Part shown: positions 1 to 8,347 of the stretch, one piece after another
How the letters are laid out: each line of letters begins with the position of its first letter
How positions within the stretch are numbered: the stretch's first letter is position 1
Assembly (NCBI GenBank): GCA_028819215.1
Contig: JAPPMG010000066.1
Span: forward strand, 110,946-174,945
Direction: 5' to 3'
Origin: Bryobacterales bacterium
Lineage (GTDB): Bacteria > Acidobacteriota > Terriglobia > Bryobacterales > UBA6623
DNA length: 64,000 nt
Made by a program: the position numbers and the translations under genes
The notes under the pieces: generated by a model
The model's database searches: none
What the model saw: the letters and a program-made list of their open reading frames with translations, nothing else
What the model was told of the DNA's origin: nothing

Positions 1-1660
1 ACGGCCTACGGGCTTTGCAACGACCTATCTGGATCAGACCGAGAGCACCCTCGACGAGAGTGGTGAGACGCAGTGGGAGATGATCTTGCGAGAGGTGCTG
101 CTGGAAGGGCCAGACGACTATGTCGAGGTCAGCAACAGAGGGGTGGATTCGGCGTCGAAGGTTCTCGTCGCCGACGCTGTGAAATTCGTGCCGCTAGGCG
201 GGGGGCAGGAAATCGTTGTAGACAACGATTCAGCAGATGCCTTTGAGGCATCCGAGGGCTGGGCTCCCGACAAGCTAGTGCGCAACCTGCCCGGCCGCGG
301 AAAGATGTACGGCGAGGATATCCTGCACTACCCTCCCTCCAAGAGCGGAGAGCCCCTCAAGGATCAGGAAGTCGATCTGGCCAAGCGAGTGTGGGCCCGT
401 TACCGACCCGTTCGGGGCGGTGAATTCCAGCCCGGGTGGTACAGCGTGCATGTCTGGACGCCCGGAGGGCACACCCATGCTGACTGGGTTCCGTTCGACG
501 TTCATGGGAGTTCGTTCGCTCCCGTGGCTTTCGCAGAGGCGGCCCCAGCCTTCAACGTGGGCGAGACGGCGTTCCTCAATGGCACCGGCACGTATCATCC
601 CGGGGGTGAACCGCTTTCGTTCCGCTGGAGCCATGACGCTAGCGACCTTGGATTGAGCGTCGAGGGCGCTACGACATCGACGCCTCGCTTCACCGTCCCT
701 TCCCTCAAGTCCCCTCGCCCGGGTTGGGCCGGGCTCATCGAGGCATTGCTACAGCATCCCGAGTTCGTGATGCCTCCCGACAGCCAAGATGCATCAGGAG
801 CCCAGAGGCTCGTCCGTGTCGCACTCGACCTTGTCGGAAGGATCCCAACAACCGATGAATATCAGCGTTTCCTTAAGGATGGACAGATCGAGCCCTTGGT
901 CGACACGTACCTCTCCTCTGACGATTTTCGGGAGTTCTTCTTCCATCGAGCTCGCGGGGTCTTCCGGTCGCGCGGCACTTCCGAAAGCGACGAACCTGCC
1001 CGGCTCTGGACCTACATCGCGACGAACGACCTGTCCTATCGAGAGCTCTTCACCGCCGACTACACGGTTGGCCCGGACTGGGAGCGTGTGGATCGTCGCC
1101 CTGTCCACGGCTCCACGGGCTTCCTGACGATGAAGGGGTACATGGAAGGCAAGCCCGGCCTTCCGAAGTTCACCTACCCGGCTCAGGTGCTTACCTTCGC
1201 CCTAGGCGTCCAATTCGAGGTGTCAGACGCGGTCGAGGAGGCCCGCGAAACGGTTGTCAGCACGACGGACCCTAGCAGTATTTGCTACTCCTGCCACAAA
1301 TTGCTGACGCCGCTAGCCCACCAGCGCGAGCGTTGGGATGTCCACGGACACTACCGCACCGTCGACGATGACCACCAACCGATTGACGACAGCGACAGGG
1401 GCGTCGTTCCAGACTACCCATTCAAGGGGACGGGCTTAAGCGCATTCGCGTCCCAAGTGATTCGCAAGGAACGCTTCGTGCGCACTTTCGTCAATCATCA
1501 TCACGACATGCTGTTCCACCGCCCGTTGCGGGTTTACCGGGACCAGAGGGATGAATACAGGGAACTCTACGACTTTGCCGTCGCCAGCGATCTGCGCATC
1601 CGGCCGCTCCTCAAGCGGATGGTCCTGATGAGGTCCAGAAGTCGGGCAGACCACCCATAG
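1..1660 (+). CDS. Secreted DUF1549/DUF1553-like (PSD1-type) protein, 5' end cut by the window edge
   Basis: The frame is open from nt 2 with no stop before the listed Met at 80, so the gene probably starts upstream of the window. 'GRIPTTDEYQRFLKDGQIEPLVDTYLSSDDFREFF' resembles the DUF1549 core. The Cys/His motif 'CYSCHKLLTPLAH' lies near the C-terminus. The gene sits directly upstream of a DUF1501 gene, which is the usual pairing. N-terminal 'VLVADAVKFVPLG' looks like the end of a golvesin-type carbohydrate-binding-like domain (tentative). Confidence 0.55.
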   Translation, partial: RPTGFATTYLDQTESTLDESGETQWEMILREVLLEGPDDYVEVSNRGVDSASKVLVADAVKFVPLGGGQEIVVDNDSADAFEASEGWAPDKLVRNLPGRGKMYGEDILHYPPSKSGEPLKDQEVDLAKRVWARYRPVRGGEFQPGWYSVHVWTPGGHTHADWVPFDVHGSSFAPVAFAEAAPAFNVGETAFLNGTGTYHPGGEPLSFRWSHDASDLGLSVEGATTSTPRFTVPSLKSPRPGWAGLIEALLQHPEFVMPPDSQDASGAQRLVRVALDLVGRIPTTDEYQRFLKDGQIEPLVDTYLSSDDFREFFFHRARGVFRSRGTSESDEPARLWTYIATNDLSYRELFTADYTVGPDWERVDRRPVHGSTGFLTMKGYMEGKPGLPKFTYPAQVLTFALGVQFEVSDAVEEARETVVSTTDPSSICYSCHKLLTPLAHQRERWDVHGHYRTVDDDHQPIDDSDRGVVPDYPFKGTGLSAFASQVIRKERFVRTFVNHHHDMLFHRPLRVYRDQRDEYRELYDFAVASDLRIRPLLKRMVLMRSRSRADHP

Positions 1661-1778
1661 TCGCCGTCTCAAGCGGCCATCGCGGCTCGAAGCTGGCCCA
1701 CTCGCGCGCCGTAACCGCAAGAACAACAATAAGCAGCCTCCGGCGCCGTTTCCAAGCCATTAGATCCGCCCGCCTTGC

Positions 1779-1807
1779 TTGAGCGTGAGGAAAAGCCAGC
1801 CTATAAT
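1779..1807 (+). promoter_or_regulatory. Candidate sigma70-type promoter for the DUF1501 gene
   Basis: TTGAGC (1779-1784), a 17 nt spacer, then TATAAT (1802-1807), about 40 nt upstream of the ATG at 1846. GGAAGG lies a few nt before the ATG. Hexamer match only. Confidence 0.3.
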
Positions 1808-1845
1808 CGAACCGACGAGAAGCGTCGTCGAGATCGGAAGGGACC

Positions 1846-3510
1846 ATGAAGCGCCGGAAATTCCTGTCCAGCGGTGCCCGTGCGGCTGGCGCACTCGCGG
1901 CCACGGACTTCTTCAGCTACTGGCTGAGCGGGGGCTTGGGCTCTTTGAGCCCCAAGCTGGCCGGTGCCGTCAAGGACCACGCCAAAGAGGTGTCGCAGCC
2001 TCGCTTTCTCGTCTACTGGTTCATGGAAGGGGCTTGGATGAGCTATGACATGTTTGGTCCCGTGGTTCCTACCCGCAACGACGCCAACTTCTCGGACCTT
2101 CCCAGGGATCCCGATGACTGGGGCGTGATTTCCGAGCAGATTTACCGAACCAAGGATCTCTCCCCGGAAGACTTCCGCCGTCACGGGGAGATCTTTCACG
2201 GCCCACTGGCGGAAGACGGGCGCGACCTGTTCGGGGAGATGTCGATCCTCTCGAGTGCGCTCACCGGAAGCGGGCACACCAGAGATCGCTTCAAGGCGCA
2301 CTACGGCCAGTACACCGTAGACATGAAGGCCAGACGGGAGCCGGACGAGCGCACGGTTCTGCAAGCCTTCTGCGAAGAGACCGGTCGCCCGTACCTGCTG
2401 CCCAACCTGAACTGGCACCGGTGGCTGTCCGACGGCGAGCTGGACATCGCCGCCTACCCTGAGGGCACCGGTATCTACCATGCTCTGGGCCCGCCGTGGG
2501 CGCACATCATTTACCCGCAGACGCCGAAGTTCACGCGGGGGCTGATCCAGCAGACGCTCTCGATGCGCACGGACGAGCGCAACCACTCGGTGCAACGGTT
2601 CCTGGAGCAGTCTCGCAGGAGCCTGCTGGCCGATCGCAACAGCCCGGAACTCCAGAGCTTCGCATCCGCGTTGGACGTCTACAAGCGGCTCACTGAGAGC
2701 GGGGATGACGCCATCGACACTCGCTCAATGTTCCTCGACCCGGGCCTGAGAGAGGAATTCCGGGTCGATCCTGCCGACGAGGAAATCCATTTCGAACTCA
2801 TCAACCAGACCCTGCCACGGAGCAAGTACACGCCCAACATCAACGTCCAAGCCATGATGATGTTCGAAATGATGACGAAGGGTCTGAGCTGTGCCGGGTG
2901 GCTCGAGAACCGCTTGGTCAGAGGATTCGATCATCACTGGGCCCGCAAGAAGATCCTGTCTGGCTACCCTTTCGACCAGCGGGAAATGATTCGGACGGAA
3001 CTCTGGACGCCGCTCAAGACGTTCGTGCGCAAGCTCAAGGAAACAGAGTACGGAGACACCGGGAACTCCTACTACGACTTCACGACAATCGTGCTGAGCA
3101 GCGAGTTCGGAAGGACCGTGGGTGGCAGCATCCAGAGTATCCTCGCGAATTCGGAGCTAGACGAGGCCGAAAAGAGGGAACAAATTCTGTCGCAGGACAT
3201 AAGCGCCCATAACCCGGTCAATTCCTGCGCGTTCCTGAGCCCGCGCGTCCGTGGTGGCACGCAATTCGGATGGGTCGGTCAGAAGACATTCCAGCCGATC
3301 CCCATTCATCCAGCGACCGGGGACTTGGATCCGCGCTACGACCGCGACGGCAATCTCAAGGAAGGCTTCCACGAGCCGTCGGATGGATTTATCGTGCCGA
3401 ACCACGGCCATATCTACTCCACGGCTCTCAAGCTGGCCGGTGTGGAGCCGAAAGGCGCCGGGAGGAACGAATCTGCTCACCTGCCATTCATCCTTGCGGA
3501 CGGAGCATAA
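1846..3510 (+). CDS. DUF1501 domain protein (sulfatase-fold, Tat-exported)
   Basis: Twin-arginine signal 'MKRRKFLSSGARAAGALAA'. The family-typical motifs 'SSEFGRT' and 'GFDHHW' are present. Good Shine-Dalgarno sequence. Follows a DUF1549-like partner. Confidence 0.8.
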   Translation: MKRRKFLSSGARAAGALAATDFFSYWLSGGLGSLSPKLAGAVKDHAKEVSQPRFLVYWFMEGAWMSYDMFGPVVPTRNDANFSDLPRDPDDWGVISEQIYRTKDLSPEDFRRHGEIFHGPLAEDGRDLFGEMSILSSALTGSGHTRDRFKAHYGQYTVDMKARREPDERTVLQAFCEETGRPYLLPNLNWHRWLSDGELDIAAYPEGTGIYHALGPPWAHIIYPQTPKFTRGLIQQTLSMRTDERNHSVQRFLEQSRRSLLADRNSPELQSFASALDVYKRLTESGDDAIDTRSMFLDPGLREEFRVDPADEEIHFELINQTLPRSKYTPNINVQAMMMFEMMTKGLSCAGWLENRLVRGFDHHWARKKILSGYPFDQREMIRTELWTPLKTFVRKLKETEYGDTGNSYYDFTTIVLSSEFGRTVGGSIQSILANSELDEAEKREQILSQDISAHNPVNSCAFLSPRVRGGTQFGWVGQKTFQPIPIHPATGDLDPRYDRDGNLKEGFHEPSDGFIVPNHGHIYSTALKLAGVEPKGAGRNESAHLPFILADGA

Positions 3511-3527
3511 GGGCCCCACGCGTTGGC

Positions 3528-4721
3528 ATGAACCATTGCGTGGCGTCGCACGGTAGGTCGTTCGAGCGCTCCCGGACTTGGTTTCGCGCGAATGATCGAA
3601 GAGCGCGCACGGCAGTCCCATCCAGCTACTCGCGGCTCGCCCGCGACTGCACATTGTTGCTGGCAGTTCTCGTTGCCCCTGGACATGCCGGCGCCGGCCA
3701 GGCAGAGCAGCTGGAGGATCCTGCACGATTCTGGCAACATGAGTCCGAGCGTGCCGGTTCGCAGGCCTGCGAGCCCTGCCACGCTGACATCTATTCGCGC
3801 CAGAGTGCCAGCAACCACACTCGGTCCCTCCGCCAAGCCGAATCGGTTCCGGAACTCGTAGGCGCCCTGCCCTTCAGTCGCTTCGATCGCGTCTCGGGCT
3901 ACACGCTGACGCTCTCCTCTAACTCAGCCAGTCGTGTCCGTCTCGAATCGGCCAACGACGCCGAATCGAGTGGGGCCACGCTCGACTGGGCCTTCGGCAG
4001 CGGTGCGAAAGGGATCACGCCGATCGGCCGCACCGACATGGGCGGCTGGGTGGAGAGTCGGCTGACATGGTACGAGAGCGTCGGCGCGATAGACTTCACA
4101 ACCGGTGCATCGAAGTACGATCCGCAGAACGTCATCGAGAGCCTCGGCCGGGGCCTGACCGCCAAGCAGGTCACTGAGTGCTTCGGCTGCCATACGACCG
4201 GATACGACGAACGTAGGTCGGCACCCACCGCGGATGAAACGGGGATTCGCTGCGAAAGGTGCCATGGCCCCGGCCAAGCGCATATCGGAGCCGCGCTCGA
4301 CGGCGAGTCGGTGGACGGGACGATCTTCAACCCGAGTGTGCTTTCCGGATTCGCGCAGGCCCGGATGTGCGGAAGCTGCCACGGTGTCCCGCCGCAGGAC
4401 AATGATTTCGACTCCTTGGCGCTGCTGGAACGGACCCCGCACAGTGTCCGGTTCCCGAGCCAGCGAATCGTATTGAGCCGATGCTTCAACGAGACATTCG
4501 GGGAACTCGCTTGCACGACCTGCCACGATCCTCATCGCGACGTTTCCGACGAGGCCGACTCGTTCGACGAGTCATGCCTGTCGTGTCATGACACAGGAGC
4601 ACGGGATCATGGGACAGTTTGCCCTGAGGCTTCCGCGAATTGCGCGAGCTGCCACATGCCAAAGGAACGCGTGATGCGCCACTCCCTGTTCAGCGACCAT
4701 TGGATCCGAGTCGCGAGGTAG
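3528..4721 (+). CDS. Multiheme c-type cytochrome with 7 CXXCH motifs
   Basis: Heme-binding motifs CEPCH, CFGCH, CERCH, CGSCH, CTTCH, CLSCH and CASCH. The hydrophobic signal-like segment 'CTLLLAVLVAPGHAGAG' follows the ATG at 3528. The longer ORF from 3270 overlaps the DUF1501 gene and is Arg/Pro-rich, so the downstream ATG was chosen. Confidence 0.8.
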   Translation: MNHCVASHGRSFERSRTWFRANDRRARTAVPSSYSRLARDCTLLLAVLVAPGHAGAGQAEQLEDPARFWQHESERAGSQACEPCHADIYSRQSASNHTRSLRQAESVPELVGALPFSRFDRVSGYTLTLSSNSASRVRLESANDAESSGATLDWAFGSGAKGITPIGRTDMGGWVESRLTWYESVGAIDFTTGASKYDPQNVIESLGRGLTAKQVTECFGCHTTGYDERRSAPTADETGIRCERCHGPGQAHIGAALDGESVDGTIFNPSVLSGFAQARMCGSCHGVPPQDNDFDSLALLERTPHSVRFPSQRIVLSRCFNETFGELACTTCHDPHRDVSDEADSFDESCLSCHDTGARDHGTVCPEASANCASCHMPKERVMRHSLFSDHWIRVAR

Positions 4722-4729
4722 GAATCACC

Positions 4730-6628
4730 TTGGCTCCCGCAATCGTCACACGACTGAGTCCCACGAGCCTGCTATGGCCCTCTGGATCTTCGTGGGGGCT
4801 CCCGATTGCCTTGCTGATTGCTGCAGCGGTGACCAGTGCCCAGCAGGTCCCTCTGGCACCCGCTGACTACGAGTTCATCGGGACGCACTTTCGCTCGGCC
4901 AAGAATTTCGAACAGAGCGGAGAGCTTGCCCAGGCGGCTTCCGAATACCGAACAATCCTACGGCGATACCCGGCGGCTGTGCCCCGGGTCTATCACAACC
5001 TGGGCTTGGTCTTCTACCGCCAGCGCGACTACCTGAACGCGATCGAGGCCTTCGAGGCCGGTCTCGAACTCGACAAGGCAATGGTCGGGAGTCGGCTCTT
5101 CTTGGGCGTCTCGTACCTCAATGTCGAGCGCCCGGATAGGGCTCTGCCGCATCTTGAGGCCACGCACGCGCTAGAGCCAACCTTCGAGAGCGCCTTGCAC
5201 CTGGGCCAAGCGTACGCCGCAAATCTCCGCTATGGGGAAGCCGTCCACGCCTACCGTCAGGCGCTGCCGTCAGCCGGGGACGAGCTTCCCAATGTGCTGT
5301 ATTCCATCGGGCAGGCCTACCTTGATCTCGCCGAGAGGATCGCGAACCAGCAGGCCGTCTCGCACCCCGAATCTAAGGAGACACACCTCGCGGCCGCGCG
5401 CGTGTTCGAGAGCCAGCAGGTGTTTCAGGTCGCAGCAATAAAGTACCTCGAAACAGCGGAACTGGACCCGTTCAACGCCTCAATCTTCTTCCCCCTAGCC
5501 CGCATGCTGGCCATTCTGGGATTGGATGTTCCGTCCACGCTTGCGCTAGAACGCTATTGGAGCCTGCTCCCCGCCGTGCCCAGAATGCCGATCGACAAGA
5601 GCATGCTGCCGAAGGAGCAGGTGGCGGAGATCGGAACGAAGGTGGAATTCGAAGGCATCCTGCGGTCGCTGCCGCCTGTCGACCCCGAACGCTTGCCACC
5701 CATGCCGATCGTGGGTTCCGAGATCAACGACGAGCTTGCGGGGCGTCTCCGTGGCTCCGACGCAACCGGTTGGGGAAAGGTGACTCGAGCGGTGGTCGCG
5801 GGGAAGTTCGAGGATGCTCTCGCGGCCCTCGACGATCTCCAGAGCGCGGGCGACGAATGGCTGCGGGACTACTTGAAGATGACCGTCCACGTGTGGCTCG
5901 ACGACTACAAGTCGGCAGCTCTGGTAGCTGACGGAGAGGCTCTGTCGACCAGTCCGTCGCAGGCTGTCCAGACCTTGAGGGCGGAGGTGTTCCGGCAGGT
6001 CTCGCTGGAGTACTTCGAGACGCTGGTGCGCGACCACCCCGGCTCGTGCAGGGCCCGGCTGGTCAGGGCAATGAACTTCTCCGCTCAGGAAAAGGCTGAG
6101 GCCGAAGGCGAGTTCCTCGCAGCGATCGAGGCTTGCCCGCTCGACACCCAAATCCGCATCGAACTGGCAGACTACTACCTCTGGAACTCGCAGTATGAGG
6201 AGGCAAGGCAAGCCTGTCTGGGCGAATTGGAGATTCACCCTCATTCGGGAGCCGCCAAGAAGCGGCTCGGCAGGATTCACGTGCAATTGCGCGAGGGAGA
6301 GAGTGCCCTGCCGTACTTGACCGCTGCGGCTGAGGCGGATCCTGAGGACGCGGACGTCCGGACAGATCTCGGAAGGGCCTACGAGCTCCTACAGCGATGG
6401 GACAATGCGGTGGCGGCGTACCTGCTCGCTCTGGATTTGGATCCCACGTTGAACCGAGTCCACTACGTGCTGGCGCGGCTCTACCGCCAGCTCGGAAAGG
6501 ACGACTTGGCACAGCAACAGTTTCAACTGTTCAAGCGAAATGAAGACGAGGCAAGGCAAACGCGCACTGCCAGAATCCAGCGGCTACGCAAGAAAGAGGC
6601 ACCCCGATCTGAGCCAGGCGAGCGCTAG
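4730..6628 (+). CDS. Tetratricopeptide (TPR) repeat protein, secreted or membrane-anchored
   Basis: Multiple TPR-like units, for example 'YHNLGLVFYRQRDYLNAIEAFEAGLELD' and 'DLGRAYELLQRWDNAVAAYLLALDLDP'. N-terminal hydrophobic segment 'GLPIALLIAAAVTSAQQ'. The start is uncertain: an in-frame TTG at 4730 just after the cytochrome stop was chosen, while the ORF track starts at 4640. Confidence 0.75.
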   Translation: MAPAIVTRLSPTSLLWPSGSSWGLPIALLIAAAVTSAQQVPLAPADYEFIGTHFRSAKNFEQSGELAQAASEYRTILRRYPAAVPRVYHNLGLVFYRQRDYLNAIEAFEAGLELDKAMVGSRLFLGVSYLNVERPDRALPHLEATHALEPTFESALHLGQAYAANLRYGEAVHAYRQALPSAGDELPNVLYSIGQAYLDLAERIANQQAVSHPESKETHLAAARVFESQQVFQVAAIKYLETAELDPFNASIFFPLARMLAILGLDVPSTLALERYWSLLPAVPRMPIDKSMLPKEQVAEIGTKVEFEGILRSLPPVDPERLPPMPIVGSEINDELAGRLRGSDATGWGKVTRAVVAGKFEDALAALDDLQSAGDEWLRDYLKMTVHVWLDDYKSAALVADGEALSTSPSQAVQTLRAEVFRQVSLEYFETLVRDHPGSCRARLVRAMNFSAQEKAEAEGEFLAAIEACPLDTQIRIELADYYLWNSQYEEARQACLGELEIHPHSGAAKKRLGRIHVQLREGESALPYLTAAAEADPEDADVRTDLGRAYELLQRWDNAVAAYLLALDLDPTLNRVHYVLARLYRQLGKDDLAQQQFQLFKRNEDEARQTRTARIQRLRKKEAPRSEPGER

Positions 6629-6635
6629 GATCGCC

Positions 6636-8345
6636 GTGCCTCGGCTGCGTGTGACCGTCTCTGTCGCCATTGCGGCCGCAGTGTGGGCTGCCCCCTCGCC
6701 GGCCGGGCAGCCTGCATTTGTAGACATCGCAACTGACGTCGGGCTGACAGACGTGTTCCACTGTGGCAGGGACGACCGCAAGGACTTTATCCTTGAGGCC
6801 ATCGGATCCGGCGTGGCCCTCTTGGACTACGACCGCGACGGGTTCCTCGACGCGTTTTTTGTCTCGGCCACGACATTTGAGGGCTTCTCTCCTGGCAAAT
6901 CTCCGAGCAACCAGCTATACCGCAACAACGGTGACGGCACGTTCGCGAACGTCACAGATCGGACCGGCCTGCGAAGCGTCGGATGGGGCCAAGGAGCGTG
7001 CGTCGGCGACGTTGACAACGATGGCTTCGAGGACCTCTTCGTCACGTACTTCGGAGAGAACCGCCTGTTCCGGAACAGCCGTGAGGGGATCTTCGCCGAC
7101 GTCACTCGGGAATCGCGCCTTGGCGGGGAGCGGCGGTGGTCGACCGGGTGCGCCTTCCTCGACTATGACCTTGACGGGCAACTCGACCTGTTCGTCGCGA
7201 ATTACCTAGTATTCGACAAAGACCGGATTCCCTCCAAAGGCAGCGCTCCTACCTGCCAATGGAAGGGACAGGCTGTGCTTTGTGGCCCTCGGGGCTTGCC
7301 CGGCGAGACGAACCAACTGTTTCGCAACCTCGGGGGTGGCCGGTTTGAGGAGGTCTCAGAAGAATCCGGGGTGGACACCGGCACTGAGCGCTACTCGCTG
7401 TCAGTGACGCCTCTCGACTACAACCTCGACGGCTGGCCGGACGTGTTTGTAGCAGTGGATTCGCAGGCCAGCATCCTGCTAGAGAACAACGGTGACGGCA
7501 CGTTCGAGGACGTAGCGGTATTCGCCGGCGTGGCGTTTGACGAGCACGGGCACGTTCAGGCCGGCATGGGGTCGGCCGCGGTGGATGTTGACGGAGACGG
7601 CCTGCTCGACATCGTCAAGACCAATTTCATCGAGGAGACGTCGAACATCTACCTCAACTCGTCGCTTGCGGCATTTCAAGACAAGGCACATGCCATGGGC
7701 GCGGGAGTCAGCGTCGACTACATGGGCTGGGGTGTCGCGGCCCTCGATTTCGATCGCGATTCTTGGCCGGATCTGTTTGTTGCGAACGGGCACACCTATC
7801 CGGAAATCGAAGGCCTCGTTTCGAACAATCCGTACCGGCAGAAGCGGCTGCTCTACAGGAACGTCGGCGGCCAGAGTCTCGAGCCCATCCAGCCACCGAT
7901 CGGATCCTCCATATTGGCCAAGCATTCGAGCCGCGGTGTCGCTGTCGGGGACTACGACAATGACGGCGATACCGACGTGTTCGTGAACAACATGAACGAG
8001 CATCCGAGCCTGCTCCGCAACGACTCCAAGCCGGCAGGTGGGTTCCTGTCGTTGCGGCTAGTCGGAACCAAGTCCAACCGCAGCGCGATCGGCGCTCGCG
8101 TCAGCGTGCATGCAGGCAACAGGGTCTTGGTGCAAGAGGTCCGGTCGGGTTCCAGTTTCATGTCGAACAATGACCTCAGGCTGCATTTCGGGCTGGGATC
8201 CAGCGCCAAGGTTCAAAGGGTAGTCGTAGACTGGCCCTCTCCCTCCTCCCGCGACACTTTCGGCGAGCTGGAGTCCGACCAATTCCTAGAAATTACCGAA
8301 GGCGAGGGCATCACGGCGCGCTCGCTCGGCAGTCCGGCGGAGTAA
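6636..8345 (+). CDS. CRTAC1-family protein (FG-GAP/VCBS repeats plus ASPIC/UnbV C-terminal domain), paralog 1
   Basis: Repeated Ca-binding-like 'D.D.DG..D(L/I/V)FV' motifs (DYDRDGFLDAFFV, GDVDNDGFEDLFV, LDYDLDGQLDLFV, GDYDNDGDTDVFV). C-terminal 'SNRSAIGARVSVHAG...NNDLRLHFGLG'. A GTG at 6636 gives the signal peptide 'VPRLRVTVSVAIAAAVWAAPSPAGQ'; the ORF track starts at 6540 and overlaps the TPR gene. Confidence 0.8.
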   Translation: MPRLRVTVSVAIAAAVWAAPSPAGQPAFVDIATDVGLTDVFHCGRDDRKDFILEAIGSGVALLDYDRDGFLDAFFVSATTFEGFSPGKSPSNQLYRNNGDGTFANVTDRTGLRSVGWGQGACVGDVDNDGFEDLFVTYFGENRLFRNSREGIFADVTRESRLGGERRWSTGCAFLDYDLDGQLDLFVANYLVFDKDRIPSKGSAPTCQWKGQAVLCGPRGLPGETNQLFRNLGGGRFEEVSEESGVDTGTERYSLSVTPLDYNLDGWPDVFVAVDSQASILLENNGDGTFEDVAVFAGVAFDEHGHVQAGMGSAAVDVDGDGLLDIVKTNFIEETSNIYLNSSLAAFQDKAHAMGAGVSVDYMGWGVAALDFDRDSWPDLFVANGHTYPEIEGLVSNNPYRQKRLLYRNVGGQSLEPIQPPIGSSILAKHSSRGVAVGDYDNDGDTDVFVNNMNEHPSLLRNDSKPAGGFLSLRLVGTKSNRSAIGARVSVHAGNRVLVQEVRSGSSFMSNNDLRLHFGLGSSAKVQRVVVDWPSPSSRDTFGELESDQFLEITEGEGITARSLGSPAE

Positions 8346-8347
8346 TC

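Noticed and set aside
1801-2595. Long antisense and alternate-frame ORFs across the window. Examples: 1801-2595(-), 8948-9952(-), 11307-12311(+), 12844-14259(-), 15744-17513(+), 23839-25584(+), 28089-29942(-), 36046-37107(+), 42417-43556(-), 56322-57269(-), 59865-60782(+), 59869-61074(-).
   Set aside because: All lie entirely within, or opposite to, genes with clear family motifs. Their translations are Arg/Pro/Ala/Gly-rich with no recognisable motifs, which is the normal shadow-ORF pattern in GC-rich DNA.
3270-3527. N-terminal extension of the cytochrome ORF, and similar extensions of ORFs at 4640, 6540, 12883-12949, 18288-18353, 26748-26852, 33507-33605, 38078-38179, 40850, 43416 and 58114-58200.
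   Set aside because: The extensions overlap the neighbouring gene or read as low-complexity Arg/Pro sequence. Internal starts give proper signal peptides or canonical N-termini.
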